Below, piece after piece: positions 1-10,218 of a stretch of 64,000 nucleotides of DNA (position 1 is its first letter; each line of letters starts with the position of its first letter). The translations under genes were made by a program, and so were the position numbers. The notes under the pieces were generated by a model, which was not told the origin of the DNA, made no database searches, and worked only from the letters and a program-made list of their open reading frames with translations. Source of the stretch: Bacteroidaceae bacterium (lineage in GTDB: Bacteria; Bacteroidota; Bacteroidia; Bacteroidales; Bacteroidaceae); contig JAZUMZ010000085.1 of NCBI GenBank assembly GCA_045603885.1, positions 132-64,131 of the forward strand, given 5' to 3'.

Positions 1-2571
1 CCAAAAGACAGTGTGGCCTTAGATACCGATGAGGACGACATTGAGGCATTCGGCATCACCGACTATGATCTTGATGAGGAATCAACGGTAACTCAGAGTG
101 CCTCATCATCGGCATCCTACAACGATGACTTATATTTGATGAAGACCACCTTCCGTTTCGGCCATTCCTATTACAGTCCCCACAACTACGAGCAGCGTTA
201 CCGCTTGACAACGATTAACGGTGCGCCCGTAAACGATGTCATACGTGGGCAGTTCAGTTTCTCTTCTCTGTTTGGAGGCCTGTCGGATGTGACCCGCAAC
301 CAGCAGGGAATCACCGCTTTTGAGCAGAACGGTATTAACTACTATGACATCGGTGGTGGTGGCAATGTAAACGTTCGTCCGAGCATGATGCGCACCGGCT
401 CCCGTCTAAGTTTGGCAGCCACAAACCGTAATTACGTCGGTCGCTTGATGTTCTCCCATGCCACCGGCATAAAGAACGGCTGGGCATTCGCCGGCGCCGC
501 AAACATACGTTACGGAGAAGAAGGCCAGCAACGTGGAACCTACATGCATGCCGCATCTGTCTATTTAGGTGCAGAGCGTTTCTTCAATGACCATCATGCC
601 CTTTCTCTCTCTTTATTCTTCGCTCCGACCGAGCAGGCAACATCGAGCTGGACAACGGAAGAGGCCTACTGGCTTGCCAATGACCACTATTACAACCCAT
701 TCTGGGGATATCAAGGCAACAAAAAGCGTAGCTCCCGCGTGCGCAAGACCATGGAGCCCACAGCCGTCATCACCTGGGACTACAAAATCAACCCGGAGAC
801 AAAACTCACTACCACAAACATCTTCCGTTACGCCAAGTTCGGTCAGACCTACCTGAACCGTACGAACAATGCGGCAGACCCTCGTCCCGACTACTACCAC
901 TATATGCCAAGCAATATATTCAATGTATATAGCGGCGCGGCACCAAACGAGTGGGAATACAGCGAATGGCAAAATGCCGTTGACTACTGGCGCGCATCGA
1001 TGCGTAACCGCCAGATAGACTGGGACAAGATGTACATGATAAACCAGAACAGTGTGAACAACGGTGGTGAGGCTGTATATTACCTGGAAGAATCCCATCA
1101 GGATCAGTTTGTATGGGCGCTCTCTTCCACCCTCCACCACTCTATCGACCGATTCAGTTCTGTTGACGCCGGATTGAACCTCAACCACACTACCGGCATG
1201 TTCTACAAAACGATGAATGATCTTCTCGGCGCCAACTATCACACAGACATCGACCGTTTCGCCTCCAGCGACTACGGTGTCAACAGCAATGAAGCCCAGA
1301 ACGACCTTGACCATCCCAACCGTCAGATTCGCAAAGGTGACAAGTTCGGCTACAATTACCACATAAACGTCAATAAAGGTCAGATGTGGACTTCTTATGC
1401 CTTCAACCACCAGAATGTATCTGCTGTCTTCTCGGCAGATATCAACGCAACGACCATGGAGCGCGTAGGCAAGATGCGCAACGGCCGTTCTCCTGAGCAC
1501 TCTAAAGGCAGCAGCGGCACCGCCAGTTTCTGGGGCGGTGGTTTAAAGGCCCAAATTGGAGTATCTGCCGGCGCCCATCACCGCTTTAATATCGGCGGCG
1601 GCTTTGAGTTCCGTCCTCCTGTCGCCAACGTCAGTTTCCTGAACGTGCAGACCCGCAACGCCTTCGTCTTCAACTTGAAGGATGAGCTAGACATGTTCGG
1701 CGAGCTTGCTTACAAATTCTCTTTCGGCAAGTTAAGCGGACAGTTGAAAGGTTTCATAACCCAATTCAACGACGTAACCGAGCAATCACAGTTCTTCGAT
1801 GACATAAAGCAAGAGTATTCTTATCTGTCGATGACTGGCATCAAGAAAAAGCACTATGGTGTTGAGTTGACCGCAGAATATAAATTCACTAACAACTTCG
1901 CTGTAGATTTTGTCGGCTCAATTACAGATGCAAAGTATGACAACAACGCAGACGCAGTGATCTGCTATGACAAGTCTGACGCAGACCAGACTCCCCATTG
2001 GTGGGACGCGGTACACCACCAACCGCTTCAGGTAGTGACCAAAGGTATGAAAGTAGGTTGCACACCACTTACGGCTCTCAGCCTCGGTGCCCGTTACAAC
2101 GTGAAAGGCTGGTTTTTTGAGGCCCGCGCCAACTACTACGACCGCAACTACATCTACTTCTCCCCTTATCTCCGTTTGACGGACGTGATGCCCGACGTGT
2201 CAAAGACCTACGACCAGAACGGCAACGGCCGCTGGGATGTAGATAAGATGAAGGGTGCGGTCCTGAAAGACGAGAATGGCGACATCTTAGGCTACAAGCC
2301 AAAGAGCCAAGAAGAATTTGACGATGCCATTATGCTTGACCTGTCAATAGGCAAAATGATTAATCTACGCCACGGGCGAGTACTGAACATCAACCTGAAT
2401 ATCGGCAATATTGGCAACAAGAAGAACATGAAGCTTCGTGGTTCAGAGCAAAGCCGCAACGACGACTTTGACAAGACCAACAAAGTGAGGTCCTACCAGT
2501 TTGCCTACAACTCCAAATACGCATACGCTTATCCTCTGACCGCATTCTTGAATATTGGTTTGAGATTCTAA
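1..2571 (+). CDS. TonB-dependent outer-membrane receptor, C-terminal ~850 aa (5' end off the left edge)
   Basis: The frame is open from base 1, with no stop upstream of the GTG at 13. Long Gly/Asn/Tyr-rich alternating beta-strand pattern. C-terminus ...NIGLRF ends in an aromatic residue as in OM beta-barrels. Lipoprotein genes follow, as in Sus-like loci. Confidence 0.8.
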   Translation, partial: PKDSVALDTDEDDIEAFGITDYDLDEESTVTQSASSSASYNDDLYLMKTTFRFGHSYYSPHNYEQRYRLTTINGAPVNDVIRGQFSFSSLFGGLSDVTRNQQGITAFEQNGINYYDIGGGGNVNVRPSMMRTGSRLSLAATNRNYVGRLMFSHATGIKNGWAFAGAANIRYGEEGQQRGTYMHAASVYLGAERFFNDHHALSLSLFFAPTEQATSSWTTEEAYWLANDHYYNPFWGYQGNKKRSSRVRKTMEPTAVITWDYKINPETKLTTTNIFRYAKFGQTYLNRTNNAADPRPDYYHYMPSNIFNVYSGAAPNEWEYSEWQNAVDYWRASMRNRQIDWDKMYMINQNSVNNGGEAVYYLEESHQDQFVWALSSTLHHSIDRFSSVDAGLNLNHTTGMFYKTMNDLLGANYHTDIDRFASSDYGVNSNEAQNDLDHPNRQIRKGDKFGYNYHINVNKGQMWTSYAFNHQNVSAVFSADINATTMERVGKMRNGRSPEHSKGSSGTASFWGGGLKAQIGVSAGAHHRFNIGGGFEFRPPVANVSFLNVQTRNAFVFNLKDELDMFGELAYKFSFGKLSGQLKGFITQFNDVTEQSQFFDDIKQEYSYLSMTGIKKKHYGVELTAEYKFTNNFAVDFVGSITDAKYDNNADAVICYDKSDADQTPHWWDAVHHQPLQVVTKGMKVGCTPLTALSLGARYNVKGWFFEARANYYDRNYIYFSPYLRLTDVMPDVSKTYDQNGNGRWDVDKMKGAVLKDENGDILGYKPKSQEEFDDAIMLDLSIGKMINLRHGRVLNINLNIGNIGNKKNMKLRGSEQSRNDDFDKTNKVRSYQFAYNSKYAYAYPLTAFLNIGLRF

Positions 2572-2624
2572 TCTTAATAAGCCTGTAGATATCAGAATAA
2601 TCAGAAACAACAAAACGACAAGCA

Positions 2625-3521
2625 ATGAAAACATTATATAAATACATATTATGTGGCTCACTACTGACACTGTCCGGGTTGATGTCATGTAACAAATTCG
2701 ACTACGACACTCCTGACGTGAACCATGACATTTATAGCAGCGACAGTGAAGCCGAAGGCTGCACTACCACATTAGATGAGTTAAAGTCCACCTACAAAGG
2801 AGTGATGGCAGACGAATCGAACCGCAACCGCTGGACCTACGTTGAGGACGACGTGATTTTCGACGGCTATGTGTGTGCCAACGACATCAGCGGTAATCTC
2901 TACCAATCCATATATGTTCGCAAAGGCAACGACTGCATCGCTGTAGGCATCAACGACAACTCACTTTGGTGCACTTATCCTGTAGGCACCCACATCAAGA
3001 TTAATCTCAAAGGCCTCTATATCGGCTCATACGGCAACCTCGCCAAAATAGGCACCCCCTACACCACCACAGGCGGCAACAAACGCCTTGGCGGAATGCC
3101 AAAGTTCAAGGCAAAGAGCAATATTGAGATAATCGGTTTTGATAATACTGTATATGAAGTTCAGCCTGTAGAGATAAACAAGTCATGGCTTGACAGCAAC
3201 AACACCAACGACAAGATGCACAAATGGTGTCCTATGTTGGTACATGTTACAAACGCAGAGATTCACGGTTTCAACAAACGTAAAGTATATGCCGTATATG
3301 ATGATAGAGACGCAGGCAACGGAGTAAACGACACCATTTACATCAACGGCACAAAATATATTCTCCGTCAGAGCGCACTCTCAGACTTCTCCTCAGACAC
3401 AATTCCTACAGGCAAGGTGGATGTGACAGCCATACTTACAAGGTACAGCACCACATGGCAGTTGACTTTACGTGAGAGAGGCGACGTTAAGCCAACCGAA
3501 TACAATCCTATTTACAATTAA
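2625..3521 (+). CDS. Lipoprotein of unknown function, partner of the upstream TonB receptor (resembles the DUF5689-type family from memory)
   Basis: Signal peptide with lipobox LMSC. Starts 54 nt after the receptor stop, on the same strand as the downstream nuclease locus. Confidence 0.7.
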   Translation: MKTLYKYILCGSLLTLSGLMSCNKFDYDTPDVNHDIYSSDSEAEGCTTTLDELKSTYKGVMADESNRNRWTYVEDDVIFDGYVCANDISGNLYQSIYVRKGNDCIAVGINDNSLWCTYPVGTHIKINLKGLYIGSYGNLAKIGTPYTTTGGNKRLGGMPKFKAKSNIEIIGFDNTVYEVQPVEINKSWLDSNNTNDKMHKWCPMLVHVTNAEIHGFNKRKVYAVYDDRDAGNGVNDTIYINGTKYILRQSALSDFSSDTIPTGKVDVTAILTRYSTTWQLTLRERGDVKPTEYNPIYN

Positions 3522-3592
3522 AATCAACACACAATTATATAATAGAAACACATCAACTTGTAAGTAAACAACGAACTAAAACTTTCAACGAT

Positions 3593-5407
3593 ATGAAAAA
3601 ATTATTTTTAACACTGCTTATGCCGGTTCTTGCCCTTGCCATGTTATCCTCATGCGACGATGTTCCGGCACCCTATTATGTTCTCAATCCTGAAGAAGCC
3701 GACACCAGCGTTGAGGGCGAAGGAACAGTTGAGACTCCTTTCACAGTAAAGGATGCACTGAATATTATCAGCGCAGGTACCTACTCAAGCGAGAAGGTTT
3801 ATGTTGCCGGTATCATCACTCAGATTGATGAGGTCAACGCATCATACGGCAATGCCACCTACTATATCGCCGACGAAAGCGCTATCAACGAGGACGGCTC
3901 TGTAAGCCAACAGCTTGAGGTTTACCGCGGTTCTGGCTTGAACGGCAACAAGCTTAAGGAAGGTGACATCAAGGTTGGAGACCGTGTTATTGTTTATGGC
4001 CAGTTGACTCTCTACGGCTCAACTCCCGAAGTGACCCAGGGCAGCATACTCTATATGCTGAACGACCAATACTCAGACACACCGAGTGATCCGACCGAAG
4101 GTGAGGCCACTGGTGACGGCTCCCGTGAGAATCCATTCAACAGCGTAGCTGCCAACCAATTATGCGCATCACTTGCCGACGGTGCTAAATCCGCTCAAAA
4201 ATATTACGTGAAAGGAAAAGTTGCCAGCATAAAGGAGAACTATGATGGTGTGAACCCGAAAACAGGCGAACCATACGGCAACGCAACATTCTACATTTCC
4301 GACGACGGCTCATCAAATGGCCAGTTCTATGTTTACCGCGCACTGTATTTGGGCAATGAGAAATACACAAACGGTGACCTACTGAAAGAAGGTGATAATG
4401 TTATAATTTACGGTTACCTGATGAAATATGTAAGCCAATATGGCACAACATACGAGACTTCTCAAAACGAAGCATTCCTGTTCTCTTTAAACGGATATTC
4501 CATTGACGGCGGTGATGATGACCCCGATCCTACTCCAAGCGGTGAGGCCACAGGCGACGGCACATTGAATAACCCTTACAATTCAGTTGCAGCAATCAAC
4601 GTCTGCAATCAACTTTCAGATGGTGCTAATACCCAAAATGATGTTTACGTAAAAGGTAAAGTTGTAAGCATTAAAGAAAACTATGATGTCGTAAACGCAA
4701 AAACCGGAGAAAAATATGGTAATATCACATGTTATATCTCCGATGACGGTACAACAAATAATCAATTCTATATTTTCCGCGCTTTATATTTCAACAAGAA
4801 AAAATATGAATCAGGAACAATGCCAAAGGTTGGTGACGATGTGATATTCTGTGGTAAGCTTACAAATTACAGGGGCAACACACCTGAAACCGTTCAGAAC
4901 GAGGCATATCTTTATTCTCTCAATGGCGAGACAGGCGACAGCATCAACAATGATCCGAATCCGAATCCTGATCCAGATCCAACTCCCACACCTACAGAAG
5001 GTGAGGGCGACGGCACGATGAACTCTCCCTACAATGTAGCAGCCGCACAATCTGTATATAACAGCGGTGCAACCGCAACCAAATCATTTGTTCATGGATG
5101 GGTAGTTGGTTATGTTAATGGTAATTCGTTGAACGCCAACACAGCAACATTCGACTATCCTGAGAAAGCTGGTGAGACCGAGGTTTTGATAGCCGACGAT
5201 CCAGATGAGACAGACTTCACAAAGTGTATCCCTGTCCAGCTCCCTAAAGGCGAGTTCCGCGAAAAGCTTGACTTGTATAACAATGGGCATATAATGTACA
5301 GGGACATCACCTTCTATGGTTCTATAGAAAAGTATTTCGGTGTGTGCGGCATCAAGAGTCCGACTTACGCTTACGGTGACGGAATCATAGTGGGCACACT
5401 TGAATAA
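3593..5407 (+). CDS. Lipoprotein with three tandem ~130-aa OB-fold-like modules plus a distinct C-terminal domain; probable surface ligand/nucleic-acid binding protein
   Basis: Lipobox LSSC followed by DD. There are three repeats of the pattern GE(G/A)TGDG..NP(F/Y)(N/T)..A......VYV.G.V..I......YGN(A/I)T.YI.D......(F/L).(V/I)(Y/F)R, separated by Pro/Asp/Thr linkers (NPNPNPDPDPTPTPT). Confidence 0.75.
   Translation: MKKLFLTLLMPVLALAMLSSCDDVPAPYYVLNPEEADTSVEGEGTVETPFTVKDALNIISAGTYSSEKVYVAGIITQIDEVNASYGNATYYIADESAINEDGSVSQQLEVYRGSGLNGNKLKEGDIKVGDRVIVYGQLTLYGSTPEVTQGSILYMLNDQYSDTPSDPTEGEATGDGSRENPFNSVAANQLCASLADGAKSAQKYYVKGKVASIKENYDGVNPKTGEPYGNATFYISDDGSSNGQFYVYRALYLGNEKYTNGDLLKEGDNVIIYGYLMKYVSQYGTTYETSQNEAFLFSLNGYSIDGGDDDPDPTPSGEATGDGTLNNPYNSVAAINVCNQLSDGANTQNDVYVKGKVVSIKENYDVVNAKTGEKYGNITCYISDDGTTNNQFYIFRALYFNKKKYESGTMPKVGDDVIFCGKLTNYRGNTPETVQNEAYLYSLNGETGDSINNDPNPNPDPDPTPTPTEGEGDGTMNSPYNVAAAQSVYNSGATATKSFVHGWVVGYVNGNSLNANTATFDYPEKAGETEVLIADDPDETDFTKCIPVQLPKGEFREKLDLYNNGHIMYRDITFYGSIEKYFGVCGIKSPTYAYGDGIIVGTLE
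4097..4926 (+). repeat. Two adjacent ~390-nt in-frame repeat modules inside the 3593-5407 CDS (a third, more diverged copy lies at ~3709-4066)
   Basis: Module 2 runs EGEATGDGSRENPFNSVAANQL...EAFLFSLNG and module 3 runs SGEATGDGTLNNPYNSVAAINV...EAYLYSLNG. They are clearly alignable by eye at protein and DNA level. Confidence 0.7.
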
Positions 5408-5432
5408 CCCAGTATAATAATCCTTTTATCAG

Positions 5433-6389
5433 ATGGTTTTAAGAACTAATAAAATAACAACAATCATGCTCGGCATTTTAATGTCGGGCATGATTTTATC
5501 GTGTAGCAGTGATGACGGCGGTGATGTCGTTGAAAAGCCGACTTCCTCAGACAGCTCCAACAACAACAGCAACACCGCCTTTGGCATCAAAGACGCAATG
5601 AGGTTGGAAGTGCCCCACCTGAGAAACATAAAGGGCGTCCGTTTCCTATCTCACCAAGCAAAAATGACAGATTTGGCATCAAAGACAGTTATGAACTACT
5701 GCATGGAGTATGACTCCGCCTGCCATCATTCCCGCTGGGTCGCCTTCACATTTGACGACACGACCAAGGTGGGTAACTCAAGCCGCAGCAATGCATGGAA
5801 CGTGGATCCATCTTTACCTGTGAGTTGGCGACTCTCACCAGAATCCTACAGCGGCAGCGGCTTCACCCGCGGTCACCTATGTGCAAGCGCAGACCGTCTA
5901 TTCTCCTCTCAAGCCAACCAGCAGACATTCTACATGAGCAACATGTCTCCCCAGCTATTCAACTTCAACACATACTACTGGGCTGAGTTGGAACTGCTGA
6001 TACGCAACTGGAGCAAATCCTCTAAATTCAACAGGCTCTATGTATGCAAAGGAGGAACGATAAAGGAAGGTCAGAGATACGGTGGGTTAGGATATTTCAA
6101 CACAACAAACGTAAACGGCAACAAGGCTCAGGTAGTTATTCCCAAATATTACTTCATGGCGATTCTAGCTGAGACAAAATCCGGCTCATTCCAATCCATC
6201 GCTTTCCTGCTTGAGCAGCACGGAAATTATGCTGAGTCCTACCCTCCTATCTCCGCAATGAAGCAACACGTTGTGAGCGTGGACTACCTTGAGGAATTCA
6301 CAGGAATAGACTTCTTCTGTAATTTGAACGACAAGCTGGAGAATGTCGTGGAAGCCTCCAACAACCCCGACGCATGGACGTGGAACTAA
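5433..6389 (+). CDS. DNA/RNA non-specific endonuclease (Serratia NucA / Endonuclease_NS family), lipoprotein
   Basis: Lipobox ILSC followed by SSDD. Catalytic block SGFTRGHLCASADR (the RGH motif) plus downstream SNMSPQ, both hallmarks of the beta-beta-alpha-Me non-specific nuclease family. Confidence 0.85.
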   Translation: MVLRTNKITTIMLGILMSGMILSCSSDDGGDVVEKPTSSDSSNNNSNTAFGIKDAMRLEVPHLRNIKGVRFLSHQAKMTDLASKTVMNYCMEYDSACHHSRWVAFTFDDTTKVGNSSRSNAWNVDPSLPVSWRLSPESYSGSGFTRGHLCASADRLFSSQANQQTFYMSNMSPQLFNFNTYYWAELELLIRNWSKSSKFNRLYVCKGGTIKEGQRYGGLGYFNTTNVNGNKAQVVIPKYYFMAILAETKSGSFQSIAFLLEQHGNYAESYPPISAMKQHVVSVDYLEEFTGIDFFCNLNDKLENVVEASNNPDAWTWN

Positions 6390-6442
6390 TTTTCCCTTTT
6401 CCTGGCAATCAGTCTAAGTGAATTGAAAGACAAACAAGAACA

Positions 6443-8590
6443 ATGGCAAAGAACAATCAGAATTTCAGGAACAAACAGTTCGCCAACCAACAGAGCAACA
6501 AGAAACAAAAAGGCTCAAAAACATCGTCGCCGGCAAAGAACACCTACAACTCAGACGCTAAAGCTTCTAAATCCGCCCTTAACGGTTTCAAGATGAGTGA
6601 GAAAACAGAGAAATGGCTTCCCGCCATTTATTTCTTGTTGTTTGGTATTGCGGCTTATATATATTTGGCAGTTCTCAACAAGGATTACCTTTATACCTGC
6701 CAAGAATTTTCCATCTGGCAAAACACAGGAGAATATTTTGATGACAAGATGCGATTCGTTGGAGGTTTTTCCCAATGGTTAGGCTGTTATCTCACTCAAT
6801 ATCTCTATTATCCTTCAGTGGGAGCCCTGCTTATGATTTCAGTGTGGGCATTAATGTATTTCCTCACTATCAAAGTATTCCGCATCTCCAACCGCTGGAG
6901 TTTTATGGCCCTGATACCTGCTGTACTTCTCTTGTGCAGCAATATAAGCTTAGGCTACTGGCTTTACTACATAAAGCTTCCCGGTTACTGGTTCACCTAC
7001 AGCATAGCTTTCACACTAATGTTGCTTGGCATGTATATCTGCAACCTTTACCGCGGCTATGTCAGGGCAATCCTGATAGTGTTATATGTAATTGGTTTCT
7101 ACCCCATAATCGGATTCTGGAGTTTATTAGGAGCCGCATACATGGCCATTCAAAGCTTAACGGGTTTTCCCGGCTCGAAACCATTATTCCTCAAAGATAT
7201 CAACTTATATGTGACATTTGTCGCATCGGCAGCCGCCATTGTCATTGTTCCCAGACTCTACTATTCCCACTACACCACCATCCGTCCTGAAGATGTTTAC
7301 ACGGCTCTGTTTCCGATTTTCCAACACGACAAGTTTTCGGAGACAAACAAGCACATACTATTTACGATATTAGCATGTTCACCCTTGCTATATAGTTTCC
7401 CGATAATAATGCGTCAAAAAGTCTCCAACAGCTCAAATATTGACTCAAAATCGGGTAAGTTATGGCTTATTTGCTACATCATTGTGCTTGCCACCTCCGC
7501 AATAGCTATAAACAGCCAAAACGTGAGTGACCCGAAATTCAAGGCTGAGCTGAAGATGTATAACCTTCTCAATGAATATGACTGGGACGGAGTGTTGGAA
7601 GCCAGCCGTGAGGTATCCGGTCCTCACACCCGTCAGATGATAATGACACAGAATGTGGCATTGTTTCACAGAGGCAACATCGGTGACCTGATGTTCAAAT
7701 ACGATAACCGCACAGTCAAACCAGAAGTGACAATATACTCCAAATCCAAAGATGCCATTGAAGCCACAAAGGAAAAATATAAAAATGCTGATCAAAATGA
7801 CATATTAGGAGATCTGGAAAAAGACTCCCTTCACGTTAACCTCAGCAACACAACAGGATCATTGTTTTACTTCCTCTATGGCAAATGTAATTTCGCCACC
7901 CGCTGGTGTATAGAAAACGGTGTTGAATATGGATTCCGTGTAAACGAATTGAAAATTCTGGCTCGCTGCGCCATGATGACCGGCGAGGACAATCTCGCAT
8001 CCAAATATGTTGATATTCTTCGCACCACTACATTCCATAAAGAATGGGCAGAGAAGCGTCTTGAATGGCTTCATGACCGCAAGAAATATGAGTCCAGCAC
8101 AGAGTATCGCTGTGTAAGACCGATGTATGACGCCTACAAGAATGCTCTTGACGGCGACCAAGGACTTATTGAGGTTTATCTGGTGAATTACTTCAGCCAC
8201 ATGAACAACGACCACAAAAAATTCCAGGAAGCCTGCATTGCATTCTCACTGATACAAAAGGACATCGAGCTGTTTTGGCAGAAATTTTTCAAATACGCCG
8301 AACTACACGAAAAAGACCCCATGCCAATCCATTTTCAAGAAGCCGCATATCTGTTTGGTGACTTGGAACATAAGGTTGATACAAGCCACATGCCATTTGA
8401 CAAAACATTGATTGTGAACCGCTATGCCAGCTTTAAGAATGTGACAGGACAATTGATGCAGCAATATGCCCCCAAATATAAAAATGACGAGACAGGATTA
8501 ACGCGTAAAGTCGGTGAAGAATGTTTTGCTCAATTTGGTGACACATATTGGTGGTTCTATTATTTCTCCAGAGGTGTACAGACCTATTGA
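6443..8590 (+). CDS. Large polytopic membrane protein with a C-terminal soluble domain (DUF6057-like, from memory)
   Basis: Lys/Asn-rich N-terminus, then ~10 hydrophobic helices between aa ~60 and 360, then a ~350-aa hydrophilic domain. No catalytic motif recognised. Confidence 0.65.
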   Translation: MAKNNQNFRNKQFANQQSNKKQKGSKTSSPAKNTYNSDAKASKSALNGFKMSEKTEKWLPAIYFLLFGIAAYIYLAVLNKDYLYTCQEFSIWQNTGEYFDDKMRFVGGFSQWLGCYLTQYLYYPSVGALLMISVWALMYFLTIKVFRISNRWSFMALIPAVLLLCSNISLGYWLYYIKLPGYWFTYSIAFTLMLLGMYICNLYRGYVRAILIVLYVIGFYPIIGFWSLLGAAYMAIQSLTGFPGSKPLFLKDINLYVTFVASAAAIVIVPRLYYSHYTTIRPEDVYTALFPIFQHDKFSETNKHILFTILACSPLLYSFPIIMRQKVSNSSNIDSKSGKLWLICYIIVLATSAIAINSQNVSDPKFKAELKMYNLLNEYDWDGVLEASREVSGPHTRQMIMTQNVALFHRGNIGDLMFKYDNRTVKPEVTIYSKSKDAIEATKEKYKNADQNDILGDLEKDSLHVNLSNTTGSLFYFLYGKCNFATRWCIENGVEYGFRVNELKILARCAMMTGEDNLASKYVDILRTTTFHKEWAEKRLEWLHDRKKYESSTEYRCVRPMYDAYKNALDGDQGLIEVYLVNYFSHMNNDHKKFQEACIAFSLIQKDIELFWQKFFKYAELHEKDPMPIHFQEAAYLFGDLEHKVDTSHMPFDKTLIVNRYASFKNVTGQLMQQYAPKYKNDETGLTRKVGEECFAQFGDTYWWFYYFSRGVQTY

Positions 8591-8632
8591 GAGTGAAAAG
8601 TGAAAAGTGAAAAATTAGAAGAGAAAATAAAA

Positions 8633-10198
8633 ATGAAAAGGACATTAATATACATATTAATTAGCTCGGCAATGTTAGCGGCGTGTTCTGAGAATCACCC
8701 TCCAGTGCCGGAAAACGCACAGACGACGAATGTAAAACCGACTATATATCCCGATTATATAGATGTGACCGTACCAGCTAATATAGCACCATTAAATTTC
8801 AAAGTTCTCGGAAAATGTGATGATGCCGTCGCACGTATTACTGACGGTAGCGGCAAAAGCGAAACATACGGCAAGAAGAATAAAATTCAGATTCCATTGG
8901 ATGAATGGAAAGAAATTCTCTCCAACAGCACAGGAAAGTCCATAAAGGTTGAGCTGTTTTGCCATGAGAGCAACAAATGGCTTGCCTATCAGCCATTTTC
9001 CATTGACGTGGCCTCAGACTCCATCGACCCGTATATATCCTATCGTCTGATAAATCCCTCCTACGTGGCATATGAGGAGTTGAGAATATGCCAACGCAAC
9101 GTGGAGAATTTCGATGAAAGCGACATCTACAACAATATGATTATCTCCACGGAGAGCGACGGCCAGTGTATCAACTGCCACTCCTACCAGAACTACCACA
9201 CCGACAACATGCAGTTTCATGCCCGTCAGGCCCATGGAGGCACAATTCTGGTATATAATGGCCAGGCAAAGAAGATAAACCTGAAGACACCAGAGACCCT
9301 AAGCGCCGGCGTTTATCCATCATGGCATCCCACGATGCCTCTTATCGCATACTCGACCAACAGCACCGGACAGTCATTCCATACCAAGGACCGCGCCAAG
9401 ATTGAGGTTCAAGATGCCGCGAGCGACCTGATTCTTTACGACATAGAGAAGAACGAGGTAAGCAATATCTCTAATGACTCCACAGAATTTGAGGTATTCC
9501 CATGGTGGAGTCCCGACGGAAAAATGCTATATTACTGCTCAGCCCATTTTGAGTTTAATGACAGCATAGAGGTGGTTGATGTAAAGTCCGTGGATGTCTA
9601 TGGCACACAGACTGACGAAAAGCTTCTAAAGCATCAGGCACAGATTATCGATAGATATGATGAGATCCGCTATAACATATACCGTAAGCCATTCGACCCA
9701 AAGACCAGAACTTTCGGTGAGAGCGAACTCATTTACGACGCGGCCCGCGACAGCATGAGCGCTACCATTCCACGCATCAGTCCCGACGGCAGATACCTCC
9801 TGTTCGGTCTCGGCTCATTCGGCTGTTTCCACATCTGGCACCCAGACGCTGACCTGTGGATGACCGACCTCCAAACGTTAGAAAGCTACGAATTGAAAGA
9901 GGCCAACAGTCCTTTAGCCGAGAGCTATCACTCCTGGTCGAGCAATGGCCGTTGGATTATGTTCGCCAGCCGTCGCGACGACGGTAACTACAGCCGTCTG
10001 TACATCGCCTATTTTGACAACAACGGCAAAGCCCACAAGCCCTTTGAGCTGCCTCAGGAAGACCCTGACTTCTACAAGATGTTCCTGAAGTCATACAATG
10101 TTCCCGAGTTCATGGTTGAACCTGTGAGCCTGAGTCCACAGGAGTTTCACGACGTGGCCATGGGAGAGGCTGAGAATGCCACATTCAAAGCGAAATAA
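8633..10198 (+). CDS. Lipoprotein, TolB/PD40-like beta-propeller protein carrying a single CXXCH motif
   Basis: ATG at 8633 gives MKRTLIYILISSAMLAAC (lipobox); the GTG at 8600 in the ORF track adds a non-signal extension. PD40-like blades are present (WSPDGKMLYY, ISPDGRYLLF, WSSNGRWIMF). The motif is DGQCINCHSY. Confidence 0.65.
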   Translation: MKRTLIYILISSAMLAACSENHPPVPENAQTTNVKPTIYPDYIDVTVPANIAPLNFKVLGKCDDAVARITDGSGKSETYGKKNKIQIPLDEWKEILSNSTGKSIKVELFCHESNKWLAYQPFSIDVASDSIDPYISYRLINPSYVAYEELRICQRNVENFDESDIYNNMIISTESDGQCINCHSYQNYHTDNMQFHARQAHGGTILVYNGQAKKINLKTPETLSAGVYPSWHPTMPLIAYSTNSTGQSFHTKDRAKIEVQDAASDLILYDIEKNEVSNISNDSTEFEVFPWWSPDGKMLYYCSAHFEFNDSIEVVDVKSVDVYGTQTDEKLLKHQAQIIDRYDEIRYNIYRKPFDPKTRTFGESELIYDAARDSMSATIPRISPDGRYLLFGLGSFGCFHIWHPDADLWMTDLQTLESYELKEANSPLAESYHSWSSNGRWIMFASRRDDGNYSRLYIAYFDNNGKAHKPFELPQEDPDFYKMFLKSYNVPEFMVEPVSLSPQEFHDVAMGEAENATFKAK

Positions 10199-10218
10199 AT
10201 AAAAAGGTAAAAATAAAT

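Noticed and set aside
613-1500. Long antisense or out-of-frame ORFs in the six-frame track. Examples: 613-1500(-), 6775-7290(+), 10460-10921(-), 13181-13753(+), 44960-45478(+), 46786-47388(+), 61223-61792(+).
   Set aside because: Each lies entirely inside a longer ORF with clear family motifs on the other strand or frame. Their translations are low-complexity (Arg/Ser/Cys/Pro-rich) with no recognisable domains. They are typical shadow ORFs.
8592-8612. Short tandem repeat GTGAAAA x3 in the 8590/8633 intergenic region, and the coding microsatellite AATCCG/GATCC at ~4951-4990. Both were considered as CRISPR-like or contingency repeats.
   Set aside because: They are too short and lack spacers, so they are not CRISPR. 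The second simply encodes an NPNPNPDPDP linker. There is no evidence of function.
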